In this document: one piece after another, positions 25,570-38,882 of the stretch | How positions within the stretch are numbered: position 1 is the first letter of the stretch | Layout: the number at the start of each line of letters is the position of its first letter | NCBI RefSeq assembly: GCF_009834535.1 | Contig: NC_045697.1 | Coordinates: 25,360,001-25,424,000, forward strand | Source of the DNA: Camelus ferus | Lineage: Eukaryota | Length of the DNA stretch: 64,000 bases | Reading direction: 5' to 3' | The notes under the pieces: generated by a model | Seen by the model: only the letters and a program-made list of their open reading frames with translations | The model's database searches: none | Told to the model about the DNA's origin: nothing | Made by a program: the position numbers and the translations under genes

Positions 25570-25630
25570 TTGATTAACTATTTCTGCACAGCAAATCATC
25601 CCCAAACGTAGCGACTTAAGACAGAAGTCT
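25570..25630 (-). mobile_element. MLT1-type LTR end fragment
   Basis: attaactatttctgcacagcaaatcatccccaaacgtagcgacttaagaca resembles the MLT1 terminal motif. Confidence 0.45.
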
Positions 25631-25652
25631 TTTAGCACACCATTCTTTTGAC

Positions 25653-27605
25653 TTTTTTTTTTTCTTTTTGGGTCTGGATGATCTGTCCATTAATGTAAAG
25701 GGGGTGTTAAAATCACCTACTATTATTGCTTCTGTTCATTTCTCCTTTTAGATCTGTTAATAATTGCTCTCTCTATTTTGGTGCTCCTATGTTATATGTA
25801 TATACATTAATAACATGTCTTCTTGGTGATTGTCCCATATATCATTATATAATGTCCATTGTTGTTGCTTTTTACCTTTTTTGACTTGAAATCTATATTA
25901 TCAGATACGAATATGGCTACACCCACTTTTTTTTTGGCAGCCATTTACTTGGAGCATCATCTTCCATCCCTTTACTTTCAGCTGATGTTTGTCTTTAGAG
26001 CTAGTAGGAGTCTCTTGGAGGTAGCCTATAGTTGTGTCTTATTTTCTGATCCATCCAACCACCATGTGTCTTTTGATTTGTGAATTCAATCTATTTTTAT
26101 CCAGAGTGATTATTGACAGATGAGCACTTAGTAATGCTACTTTATCTTTTGTTTTCTGATTGTTCTATATCTCCAGTGTTTTTCTACCATTTTAGCTTGG
26201 TGGCTTTCTAAGATTTTCTGTGTCTCTGCTCTAAATTTATTTTGTGGTTACCATTAGGTTTGTATAAAATGTCATATATAAAATAGTCTTTTTTTCTGCC
26301 AATAGCTTCTAATTTTCATTTGCCTTTATGAGTTCCATCCTTTTCCTCTTCCCCTTAAATATTTTGTTGTCTTAAATTATCCCTTTTTATGTTGTGACTT
26401 TGTTACCAAATTGAAGTAGCTGTAGTTATTTTTACTGCTATTTTAACCTTTAACCTTTATGCTATAACTTTTTAACAACCTATCCTGATGTAAAGTTGCT
26501 ATTTTCTGCTTAATTCTATTTATTACCTGACTCAGTTTTCTGTAGTTTTGCCTTTTTGTTTCAGTTAGAAAAACTACTTTCAACATTTCTTGAAAGGCAG
26601 GTCTAGTTTCAGTCAACTACTTCAGCTTTTGTTTGTCTGAAAAAGCTTTTATTTCTTCTTTATACCTGAAAGATAACTTTGCTGGATAGAGTGATCTTGG
26701 CTGGCAGATTTTATCTTTCAGTGTTATTAGTATGTCATTCCATCCTCCTCATCTCTCCTGGCCTGTAGAGTTTCTGCTGAGAAATCTTATATAAACTAAT
26801 TGGGGTTCCCTTTTAGGTTACCGTCTTCCCCCTGGCTGCTTTTAAATTTTTTTGGCATTGACTTTTGACAATTTTAATACAATGTGTCTTGGAGACAGTC
26901 TTTTTGCATTGAGATAATTATGTGTTCTCTTAGCTTCATGGACTTGTATATCCAGCTCCTTCTCCAGGATTGAGACATTCTCAGCTATTATTTCTTTAAA
27001 CTCTCTGCTTCCTTCTCCCTCCCTTCTCTTGGGATACCCATTATCCTTATGTTGCCCTTCCTAATGGAGTTGGCTGGTTTTCGGAGAATTACTTCAGTTT
27101 TTATAAATCTTACTTCTCTCTCCACTTCTACCTGTATTATATATAGATTACTGTCTTTGAGCTCACTGGTTCTTTCTTCTGTATGGTCTGCTCTATTTCC
27201 AGTCCTTCCTAATGCTGCTTTTTGGTTACTGTACACACATGGGACTCATGAATGCAAAGTACCATTGGCTATCAGAACTAGGTGATCTGGGGACCCTCCT
27301 CAGGTGATAACCTTAAACTTGGACCATTCTGTGTAGTCCAAACCCTTCATTCCTCACAGAGAATCTGGGAGTTAGGTGTTTCCTCCCGATTATGAGGCAC
27401 TTTGCTGAGGAATGAGGGTTATAGGAAGACTGTGTCTCAAAATTTCCTACCTATTATGATGTAGGTGTTTTCACAGTTACCATATATGTAGGAATCACTT
27501 AACTAGTTTCTGAATTTATCTTAGATGGAGTTGATCAATGTGTAGCTATATATTTGGTATGTGCTTAGGAAGAAGGAATGTCGGAAGCCTTCTCTGTCAC
27601 CATCA
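25653..27605 (-). mobile_element. Decayed LINE-1: 5'UTR start, partial ORF1, spacer, ORF2 endonuclease N-terminus, then A-tract
   Basis: ORF 26988-27236 gives EERTSELKD...IRKGNIRIMGIP (ORF1p). About 26580-26790 on the minus strand gives DFSAETLQARR...YPAKLSF...IKAFSDKQKL (ORF1p C-terminus). About 25675-25720 gives GDFNTPFTLMDRSSR (endonuclease motif). 27220-27605 resembles a laurasiatherian L1 5' end. Stops and frameshifts present. Confidence 0.9.
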
Positions 27606-28838
27606 CAATCTCAAGTTTTTTAGAAAAGTTTTATTTGATTGAATCTATGAAGCACACCCATAAATACTTCAGAGGAAATTTGGGGTGTATGTGACTAAAC
27701 TTACTCTTAGATATCTCAATATTTAGTGACATTAAACAGATATTTATTTATCATAGCTTATGAGAACTTAACGAAGGTTTTTAAAATCATATACTTGGTT
27801 TGTCACTATGTTTTACTGGCATTGCCATAAATTTATCTTTGCTCAGAAACAGTTTCTTAATTTTAACCTCATTTGACATCTGTAGAGGATGAGGATTTTT
27901 CAAATCATGAAGCCCTGGTTCTTTCATGTTTAAATTTCTTCCTTTACTGTAACTCTCTCCTCTCACATTTTATTATAAGCAACAAGAAGAAATCAGTTGG
28001 CATTTTCAGCATCCTGGCTGGAAATTACCTTAGCAAAATCATCCCGTGGTTTAGGTATTTATTTTCTACTTTCCACATTACTGCAGTGTTTTGCTGCTGT
28101 TGTTGTTTTGCCAAAACCATCACTTGGGACGTATGAAGAGAGGGTGGAAGTATTATTTGGACAGAAGTACCTCCACATGGAAATACGAAGTAGGAGAAAT
28201 GGAGGTTAGCACTAGCATTCCCCAGCTCTCCATTCACACCCCCTCCCACATTTTAACATACTGGGCTTAACCAGCAAACTCCTGCTTGCTAGAGGTACAT
28301 CTTGTCCTGGCGGAGGAGAATTCAGGACAGACCAGCTCCTATGCCCACCTTTATGCGGCAGTACCAAAAACAGCATCCCCTGGACCACGTGGATCCTTCC
28401 GAGCTGCTGTGGTTTGACTTGGAGCTCGAAAGGCCCTGAATATGAATTTGAATATGATACCAATTGTTCCATCACAAGATCTTGGAATACTCCAGGATAG
28501 TAATTTACCACTATTCTGTTTCCCATACTACATTGTCAAAAATAGCTATTTAAAGGTTATACAAGTAAAATCATATCACAGCTATATTATTATGGTAGTA
28601 ATATATAAATGCCCTGAACATAATCCTTTCAAATTACTAAATAACCAGTGAAATATTAAATTCAAAATACACTATTTACTTGACAATGTATGTAAATATT
28701 CCAATACTCAAATATCTAAATTAATGTCATAAGGAATTAAATTCCTTAAGTGACCTACACAATTGCTTATAATATCGCACTTCCAATGGCTCAAATGAAA
28801 GGTCCCTTCAAAAAGCCAAATAATTGGGACCCGTGGCT

Positions 28839-28852
28839 GCAGTGGGAGGCGC
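28839..28852 (+). promoter_or_regulatory. CTCF-like motif (candidate)
   Basis: gcagtgggaggcgc matches 11 of 14 positions of CCASYAGRKGGCRS, with its CpG retained; motif match only. Confidence 0.3.
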
Positions 28853-31274
28853 AGCTGTGTAGTACTGCCTGTGAATGAGTGTGTAGATTTCATTACTAGA
28901 TTACCGTGGTGGCAGCACATGTATTTCACACACCCAATCCAGCTTTTATCGGAAATAAAATGTTTTGTTCCACATCTAACTTATATTGACTGTTTCTCAG
29001 TTAGTTCTCAACATAAAAAAATACCAGTATATGTGTGTGAATCACACTTTCCATATACAGTCATGATAGGAATAAGCACTTGGGGAATTGAATCACTGTT
29101 ATTTCTAGCTTTGTGAATGTGTTTGTCCGGAGGAGTATATTCTTGTCTGAGTGCAGACAAGATGAAGTACACATTCTCTTAGAGGTTATTTATCACAGTG
29201 TCAAAGATCAACAAATAACCATCCTAATATTGCTCTTCTTAGATCCTGAAAATGTTTTAAACTTAATGGAAGGAGGCAAGTCAGATTGTAGGAATTCAAA
29301 AACAGATTATACTTATCACTTAAAACCACTTATATGTTAGCAAATGAAATTTCTGTGGCTAAGCCCACCACAAAAGTTACACCACTTATACAGTCTGCTT
29401 CTCCCATTTATAAAAGACTAGACAGAATAATAATGCATCAATTTCAAAAAACAGGATTACTCCTAAATGTATGGCTTCAATAAGGATGAGACATTAACCT
29501 CATTTAGAAGTAGATTAATTCATCCAAAGAGCATTTAGTAATTTTTATGAATAATTTACTCAGGCAGCTTTTAAAGTCATTCATGACACAAGTTTGCCTC
29601 TCGTGTAATTTACCAGATGAATATATCTTAGGATTTTAAGCAAACATAACTTATTTTTATTAGTCAGAGATAGCATAAAGTCATGCCATCTACTTACTTA
29701 TGTGCAGGCTAATGAGTTTTATTCATTGAATAAGTAATCAATACTGCATATTCAATTTGGTTCAGCCTTTCTGGAGAAAATTAAGTAGTGCTGTTCAAAT
29801 TATTTAGTCCTTTTCCTCTCAAAATCTCATTTTCTATAATAGAAAAGCTGTCCATGAGCATGATTTTCACAGTTGCTTATGAGATTATCATCATGAATGA
29901 TGTGGTGAAAGATTTAGATTGAGCCATAACTCAGAGATAATGTTTTTCTTTTATTTTGCAATTGATAACTTATATCTTGACTTTGGGTGGGGGGGCTTAA
30001 TGACCATTGTGTTAGTACTATACACGTGTCACTGTTATGCCCATTGACTTTTTTTAATATATGAACTTATTAATTATATCTTTCAACAAGGTAATCAATA
30101 CTAGTTAAAGCAGTGTTAAAATTGACATTAATAGCTTTTTAAGAGATAGCATCTTTCTCATCTTATAATTAAAATTGTAATGTAATCCCTATTTAATAAG
30201 CATATTAATTACTGCTTCTGTATTTATGGAATATTTATATTACTTTTCTCCCAAATCAACTGAGGAAACAATGTCTATAAACATCAATGCCCCCAAAGCC
30301 ACATCTGTTAAAATTACAAGATGTTAAAAACAAAAGTCTCAGCTGGTCATGCAGATTTTTTTTACGTAGAAGGTAAAACATAGTGCATATCCACCTGCCA
30401 ATAATTGCACAGCACTTGCTTAGAATGCACTTGTTATTCATGTGCATTTTCCAGTGCAATTTCAAATAACTTTCTAGCTCACATTATCTCCATACATCAA
30501 AACTTACTGTAGGTGCAGCATATAGCCCACTGTGGAAGTTTAGAATAGAACACACATACACACTTAGAATTCTGGAGACCGGTCTTCTTTTCTTGACACT
30601 GTCATAATAGCCTATTTTGTGCCTTTCATTCACTTCCAAGAGAGATTTTTCTCATGAAGTGTAGAGCTAATGGTGCAGGGAAGCTTAAGTCTTCACTTAA
30701 AGGCTCACAAATGCATTGAATCATAATCATTAAAATGACTATTCTAGTTTGTGTAAAGTAGTCTGTATTCACAGCATTTAGCAGAATCAGTGTCTCAGAG
30801 AAGACACTAAAATACTGGTTAAATAAAATTTCATTTTAAAGTAGGCAAAAGAGAAGAGGAAAAGCAGTACGCATATATTTCTGAAAGAGTAATATTGGAT
30901 TTTGGAGGATGTCTTCAAATATATAAGGATTAATAGAATACAGGTTAGAATATGCCTTTATAGATATAGAATACGTAGCTAGGATTAATGAAAGAAAGCT
31001 ACAGAGCCAGATTATAAATCAGTAGTAACGTGAATTCTTTACTTTAGTTGCCATAAACCACATGGGTAGCTGTGTTCCCTTATAATCAGAACGAAAAAAC
31101 TAAGCAGCAAGGTGGCCATTAATTACAAATCTTAAAGAAGTGATGCCTGAGCTGGCAGCAGTTATATGAGATTATTAATCGGGTCCAATTTATTTCCTAG
31201 ACTCTGATTTCATATAGCCTAATCTCTAAAGTAAAATGCTACCAAAAGACCACTATATTCGTGTGAGGCACTAA

Positions 31275-31490
31275 TGTGTTGTGAAAGAGAACTTAGATCC
31301 TGGAGCCCAGTTCCCTGGGTTCCAAAAGCAGCTCCACCACTTACTGAGTCTCACACTGGACAAATAAGTTGATATTTCTATGCCTCAATTTTTCCACAAA
31401 TTGAATGGGACCTATTTTTGTGAGAATCAGTGGTAATGCTCATAAAATAGTTAGCACACACAAAGTAGAAAATTTATGTTAATCATTAAC
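31275..31490 (+). mobile_element. MIR SINE
   Basis: ctggagcccagttccctgggttccaaa...gctccaccacttact...ctatgcctcaatttttcc collinear with the MIR 5' half and core. Confidence 0.8.
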
Positions 31491-31689
31491 ATTAAATTCT
31501 ACATAATATTTGTCTCATTATCTCTTCAAATATCAGTTTTAGAATCCTAATTTTCAACTGAGCTCTGTTATTAAATATCCCACTAAATTTATAATCTCTC
31601 CACTCCCTTTATTAAAAACCTTCTTCAAAAACAGATCTATATTCTTTTTCCTTGCCTCATTTTTTTCCTAAAATTAGAATTTAAACTTT

Positions 31690-32260
31690 AAATTTCCAAT
31701 TAAGCATAACTTTATCCACAAATTTTGATATGTTGAATTTTTATTTCTATTCAGTTCCACCTATTTTCTAAATTTCTTTATGAATTATTCTTTGATCTGT
31801 GAATTATTTAAAAGTATGTAGATTAGTTTTCAAATATTTGAATGGTTTCTAGTTTGCTTGTTTTTACTGACTTCTATTTTCATTCCATTTTGGTCAAAAA
31901 ACATACTCTCCACCATTTAATCCTGTGTAAGTTTATCAAAATTTGCTTTATGGCTTAATATATGTTATAAATTAATTTAAAATCATGAATTTTCAAAAAT
32001 GTATATATTAGTAGTCAATAGTAAAGTGGTCTTAACTATCAGTATATCTAGAATAACCAGTGTTTCTAGGATAGCTGATGGTTGTTTCATATCTTCAATG
32101 ACTGCTAATCTAGTTGTCCTATTATTTCCTTACAGAGGGGTATTACATTCTCCCATTATGAATGTGAAATTATAATTAGTCCACGTAATTAGGCATTACA
32201 TACTTACATTAGTTATGTGTTCCTGATAAATTACCCACTTACCATTACAAAGGATACAAC
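31690..32260 (-). mobile_element. Old L1 ORF2 fragment (L1M-type)
   Basis: tccacaaattttgatatgttg...ttcattccattttggtcaaaaaacatactc...tgctttatggcttaatata...agaggggtattacattctcccattatgaatgtgaa, an antisense L1 endonuclease region. Confidence 0.75.
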
Positions 32261-32274
32261 TTTAGTATGTAGCA

Positions 32275-32684
32275 TAGAGTAAGGCATGTGAAAAGGGATG
32301 TGGAACTTCCGTGCCGCTCTGGGCATGCCATCCCGCACCCCAGCACCTTTATGTGTTCACCAACCCAGAAGCTCTCTGGACCCCTGTGGAGGCTTTATTA
32401 TAAAAGTATGAATGATTAAATAATTGTCTGTTAGTGATTAATTCCACCTCCAGCCCCTGTCCCATCACCAGAGATCGGGGAGTGGGGCTGAAAATTTCAA
32501 CCCTCTATCCAAACAAGTGTTTCCTCTAGCAGCCAGCTTCTATCCAAGGCTACCCAACAGCCCCCAGTGACCAGTCATCTCATTAGCATCCAGAAAGACA
32601 CATTGCTTGAGAGATTCTAAGGGTTTTAGGAGTTGTGTGCAAGGAAACAGAGAAGGAGATGAAATATACATTTCTTATGTCACA
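32275..32684 (-). mobile_element. MER21-type LTR (partial)
   Basis: ggaacttccgtgccgctctgggcatgcca...gtgttcaccaacccagaagctct...ggggctgaaaatttcaaccctcta...catctcattagcat...aagggttttaggagttgtgtgc...atttcttatgtcaca matches the antisense MER21 5' half. Confidence 0.85.
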
Positions 32685-35600
32685 AAGGGACTTCTGAAGA
32701 CTCAGTTACAGTGCTAGGTGGATGCCAATATCTTGCAGGGCTGTGGTAAGTAGAATAGAGGAGGATGAATGATCATGTATAATCATGTATAAGGGCTCTG
32801 CTGACTGGATCAGAAACAGGTGTACACTCACGTGCACACACACAAATGTTTGTTTTTCTCTAATGAAAGCACAGGCATTCAAAAACATAATACAGACCCC
32901 ATTTAGGGGTATGCATGGAACAGCAGATGTTGGGTTTTTCCCTGCTGAGTCCAAACCAGGCAAAATTTCAAGACATTAGTTCTGTTGTGTTTGTTTTTGT
33001 TTTTGCTTCTCAATTATTTGCCACATTGTAGTAGTTGATTAAGAAATCTCACATACATTGAATTTCAAACCATTCCAAGTTTGTGGACAATATCTCTTCT
33101 ACATTATATCTCCAACATATAACACAATGCCTAGCACATAGTAATGTTTCAAAATATATTTACTGCATATATAGTTGAATTTATCAATATGTGGTATAGA
33201 AAGATGTCAGTGGATCAGCAGTGTTAGGAAGGCTGTATGGGGTCTAGAACTAGATTACATGGTCTTTGATTGTCCTTCCTATCCCCAGGGTGTTTGAATC
33301 AATGCATTAGAATTGATGTCTTTCTAGCATAACCTCAGTGATAACAAATTTATGGTTTTCTCAGATTCTCCTGGTAAGTAATTACACAGGTGTTAGCAGT
33401 CATTCTTTATCCTAATATGAGCAGTTCTTAAGAAATCAAGCATGTTGGTGATCTCTCTTTCTTCACGAATAGGAAATACCTGATGTAGAACGCCGAGCCT
33501 GGGGACAGCATTAGAGAATCCTCCAGGAAAGCATTAACTTCTAGTTAAAAGAATGCCTAGGTATTTTGGTAAGCAGCAGCTCATCAATGATGAAGTCACA
33601 CTGAGAGATGTATAGGTATCCCTTGGGGCAACTGCTATGTGGAATGATGCATGCTAACCTTATTTAAATTCTAAAACAGTAACTATAAATTGTATCATAT
33701 CACAAGCACTGTACACCTGTCGCTGAAATGCGCAAGAGTCCTCAGCATACCAACATATTCACTAATTGGGTAAAACATGCCACATAAGTAAATATTAAAT
33801 ATGGAATTCACTTTCACTTAATTGTCTTAATGTCAAGTGTCCCAATTAAGTGGAGAATATGCAAGATTTCCATTATATAATTCCAGCTTTCGCTTATTAG
33901 TACATTGTTCATTTGAGATTTTTTTAAATTCTGGACTGACTTTGAGACCTCGATCAAGTGCCTGAAATGTCCCCTTATTATTGAAGTTCAAACCAAACCA
34001 GCTCTTATTTTCAGACCCACGTCTATATTTTTCCTTAGTTCTTGTCTCCCAGCATTACAAATTACACGTGGGCTTTACTTAATACCTTCATTAATCCAGT
34101 AAAGTAGATTATCATCCCATTCTTTTTATTATCGTTTTATGAATTAACTGAAGAGCATCTGCCTGTGAAATAAACATTTCCCATCCTAAGTCATTTTGGA
34201 AATATCATAGAATGTACTAAATTTAGAAATTCTGACCAAGTGAGCATTGCTACATACAAAATTTGGTAATCTAATTTGCCAAATTTTGGCCTTTTCTCTC
34301 AGGCCTCATGCCAAAATATCTTAGTAGATGGAGCCATATTAATCACAAATAATGTCTTATAAATGATTTTGAGTTTCCCAGTACCTATTCTTTCTTTACC
34401 TTTTTATTCAGCTCTCCAAAAAATATCCATAATGTGTCTCAACATTTATATTTACCCTGCCAGGATACCTGAGGATTCTTTACATGACGGGTCTTATTTT
34501 GACAGTTTCTTAAAATTTATCTTTTATGCACCCATTGGCCATCATCAAAATTTCATGAAATCCAAATGTCAGAGTTGGCTGTGAATTTGTTTAGAGTAAG
34601 AATACAGAAAAAGTGATGTGGAACTGAAAAATATATTAGCACATGCTGTGTCTGAAGGAGAAGGCAAAAATTAAAGGAAAAAATTCACCTAGCTAAATAC
34701 ATCTCTGAGTTCAACTGATTATTGTTGAAAGGTAGGTCTGCAGGGTTTAAGGTATGTTGAATCCCTTCTCTAAGGTAGAGGTAGTATCTTTATTTTGTTA
34801 TATGGGATACTTACTCTGTTCATCTCTTTGTCTTCTGCCAGAAATTGAGAAGTCCCTTCTCCTCACATTCAAGTATTACTTACATGGGAAATACAGAGCT
34901 ATGCATCAGTAAATAACTTTCTTAGAACTGTTAACACAAATATGCACAGCTCGAAGGGAGCAACTCGTATTCTGCCTGTTCACACATAATAAACACAGTA
35001 TAACTCACAGAGGTAGCGCAGGGATTAGAGTATTAAACCAATCAGTATTGTGAAAAGTCAAACATTTGTGTGAACCTGAGTTCCTTGGAAGGATGAATTT
35101 TTATTTTAGAATAAGACAATGACAGAAACATTACTATACCTTTATCCTGTCCCTGGAACAAATCAGGAAAAATAATCAGTAAGAAAGCAGGATTCCCTTT
35201 GATGCATTTTAGGTAAGATATTTAAATTATATGTAACATAGGTTGTACGTGTTCCATCTTTCAATAAAGTTCTGATAAGCAGAGCATGAAATAATGTTTT
35301 TAAAAGCAGATATTTTACTTTAGGAATACTAAGAAGTATGTCAGTATTTCTGGATCTTACGTAGAGTCTATAACCATAGTAGCTTAAACTGCTAAGTTTA
35401 ACATCACTTTGGTTCTGTATACACTGTCCTCCACTGTCCCTCTTCTGTGCCTTCGCAACTCTCCCCTTCCCTCAGGCCCTTATTTCCCACACACATACGG
35501 ACTTGGCTTCCTTAGGATCTCTTAGGTTAATCTCTTGCTTTAAGCCCTGGTAATCAAGTTTTATTTATTTATTTTGGAATTTTACAGGAATCGTTGACAC

Positions 35601-38600
35601 CAAAGTCTGAGTCAATAAGTGATTCTGTGTCTGTATAGACCCAGTTGAGTACACTCATCCTTGGCCTTTTCAGAAATCAGAGCTGCCCCCACCCCCGACA
35701 CTAACCCAGCCCCAGTCTCTTTCCCTCATCATCTGCATGACTTCAGAGATAATTTTTTTTTTAATTGGCATCTACGTGTGACTCTTTTGTTGATCAAAAA
35801 TAACCATTTTTCTGGGTCACTGGATAAGAAGGAGGCGAACGTGTCTAACAGAAAGCTCTATATGTGCCTAGGAAGGTTGTGCATCTCTTTGGAAGCTGAA
35901 AAACTATTCTGTTTTGAGAAAAAGCAAGAAAAAATTTACCTTTTTAAAACCAGAGTAGAATAATTTTTAACAGGGAAACTAAATGTTTTTACGCCTGTAT
36001 TGCTGTCTCCAACTGAGAACAGAAATTTCAAGTTCATTGTTCACAGAAGAAGGAAAAATATGTTGCCTTCAGAAAAATAAAGCAAGATTGGAAGGTTATC
36101 TAACTCAAAAATTCAAACAGCTGAAATTGGTCATCATAATTATTGGAAAAAAATCTCATAATATATATATCAGAGTCTTAGCTACAAGACCTTTGTTACA
36201 GTGAATTTTTTTCCCTGCATTTAACACTCTGGAAATTAGCACTTCAGCTTCAGTTTGTAAATTATTTTGTTATATAGGAAATTGTATGGTAATAGAATGA
36301 AATTATGACATGTATGAACTACAGAATGAATTATGTCAGTGTCCATAAAACAGTGTAATTAAGAATTCCGTTACATCTACAGCTTTTTGTGTGCCAAGCC
36401 AGATTGTAAATTTAAAGAAAACAATGCTGAAAACAGCTTATTAAATAGTCTGTTAAAATTTGTTGAATTCTGCTAAGATGCTTATTGTATAAAAAGATTA
36501 AATTTTTTACTTATTTTGAAAATCTGTTTCAATGATTCTAAATAACCTCTAAGGCTAATAAAGGCCAGTGAAACTTTGAAGAAATGATGATGCTGCTCAG
36601 TGAAGACGCTAGCTCTCCAAGGTAGGCCAGCCATTCATCAGCAAACAGGAAGGGCAGAGGTTAATTAAACCTCTAGTTTAGAAAAAACAATAAAAATTAT
36701 TTACAGTGTTAATTTAGTCACCCAGGTTATCTCTTTCAGGATTGGTAGTAAATCCTCAGCCAGCTACTCAAAGGAGTCAGAATTATAGTGTCAGGGACAA
36801 CATTTACTCGTTTATTACAGTGGGAGCTAAAATAAAATACCCTCCTGCTGTAGGATTCTAATTTGTAATTCAAAAGAAGCTTGTGAAGAGTAAAACTACT
36901 TCCTCCCCATTTAACTCTATTCTATTTGCAAGGAAAAACTTTATGCTCAAGGAAATATAGAATAAAAAACTTGCTTCTGCTGCTCACATTTACTGGAATA
37001 ATATCAGAAAGAACTAAAAATGATCTTTTCTTAAAATATAAACTGAGGTGGATGAATTTCTGTATAGATTGGGATAAACAGATTGGACAGAAACCACAAA
37101 TTAATTAAAAGCTCTGATTTCAGATTCTTCCTCATCTTCATATTAAAACTAATGAAAACTCACGGGATTGTAGAATTAAGACCATCTAGTGCAGTCACCA
37201 GCCTTGACAAGTGTGAGGTTCTTGCTCAATCCCTTAAGAGAGCTGCTATCACTGTTATATAGTCAGCTTCCATGCTTACAAAGAAGGACATGGTCTTATG
37301 TTTAGCAAGTTCTACCTAAAGGTTTTTTAAAAATGTTTGTCTACTTTCATTTACCAACTTTGGATCTAAATTCTGCTCCTTAAGATAGAATGAAATCAAC
37401 TTTATAACTTAATGACAATAATTATAAAACTGAGAGCAATTTCAGAAATACATCAAGTATCAAAATGCCAGTAGAAATATTTTTCCTGTTACCTATTATC
37501 TGAGTCCTACATATATGAGATTACATAAACTGTATCTTTCTGGTCTAATCTAGCTGATTTTTGGATTTTGGAAACATTCTATAACACAGTGCAAGTACAT
37601 AGCAATACTCCTGCAAAGAGAAAGTAAAACATCTTTATAAACTGTGCAGGATTTCATGAAATTAATAGAGACGATGTTGGAGAATTCCAAAGCCAATTGC
37701 AATGAAGTGGTGACATTTACAAGTATGACTATAGACTGATACTTCAATGGAAAATTATTTGAATAGCAAGAGTAAATGAAGCTGAGGGAAATTAGTTAAG
37801 GTCTTGAAAGTTTGTAAAAATAAAAATATATGATCATGCTGTAAAACTCAAATTATACTGTAACAGAATCTGTATAGAACACTGTACAAAATATTCAACA
37901 TGATTCATTCTATATTTTAAAGATTTTGCTTAACTCAAATTATAGCTAACATTTTGATCCTTTTTTTGAAGTTTCAGTTTTGTTTCCTAGATAAATTCTG
38001 GAACTATTTTTGATAAGTTTCTCAGATTCTCAGAAATATTTGTATAGACATGCGCATGTATTAATTGTAAACAGATACACATGGTAGAATATTTTCAAAT
38101 TTTTTTATAGCTGAAACTTTTCAGATTAAAATTTTATATTAAATTCTAATACAACATTTAAAAGGAACTCTTGTTTAAAACCATGTGGCAAAACCTGAGT
38201 CTTATGATTTTAAGCTCTGGGAGCTCATGGCACACTGACTGAAAATAAACAAACAATATTCAGTTATGCAGACATAGCATAGCTTGTTTAGCACTTTTAC
38301 TTTTGAGTATTTTAAAACTACACCATTTGCAAGAATGCAAATGAACACCTTTTGCCATTCAATAATTTACATGTCTCTCATTATAGTATACATACAAATT
38401 CTAAAGTAGAAAATGACTCTCTGATAATGAGGTTTTTTGGGCTTTTGATGTATATTACCAAATTACTTTTTAGTATATATTTTTCAGATGTGCCTAACAA
38501 CTGGTGTTCTATTGCTGTTTTACTGCTGCCAATACTGGATGAGTGTGTCCATTATTCTCATTCCTAACAATTCTTTAATTGCAAAATTTCTTTTTTTGAA

Positions 38601-38680
38601 GCAGAAGATACTGTATTTGTTATTCTTTTCCTTCCAGTTTTCTTAAACTGGAGCATATATGTATGTGTGCATGATTTTAT

Positions 38681-38730
38681 ACACACACCCACACACACCC
38701 ACACACACCCACACACACACACACACACAC
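38681..38730. repeat. Compound microsatellite (ACACACACCC)3(AC)10
   Basis: Seen directly. Confidence 0.95.
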
Positions 38731-38858
38731 CTCACACAGCAGCACTTACAACACCAACATTAGCATATAGGCTTGATGGCAGCCAGGAAGTAGTCTCTCT
38801 TGTTCACCCCACTATCTGCAAAAAACTACAGCGGTGTCTCACCCTGCACATAAACAGT

Positions 38859-38882
38859 AAAAAAAAAAAAAAAAAAAAAAAA
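38859..38882. repeat. Poly(A) tract, 24 nt
   Basis: Seen directly; no associated element recognised. Confidence 0.95.

Noticed and set aside
37490..37635. Minus-strand acceptor ctttctctttgcag as a coding exon start
   Set aside because: All three downstream frames hit stops before a plausible donor.
38740..38882. Poly(A)24 as the tail of a retrocopy
   Set aside because: No properly spaced poly(A) signal, TSD or recognisable body.
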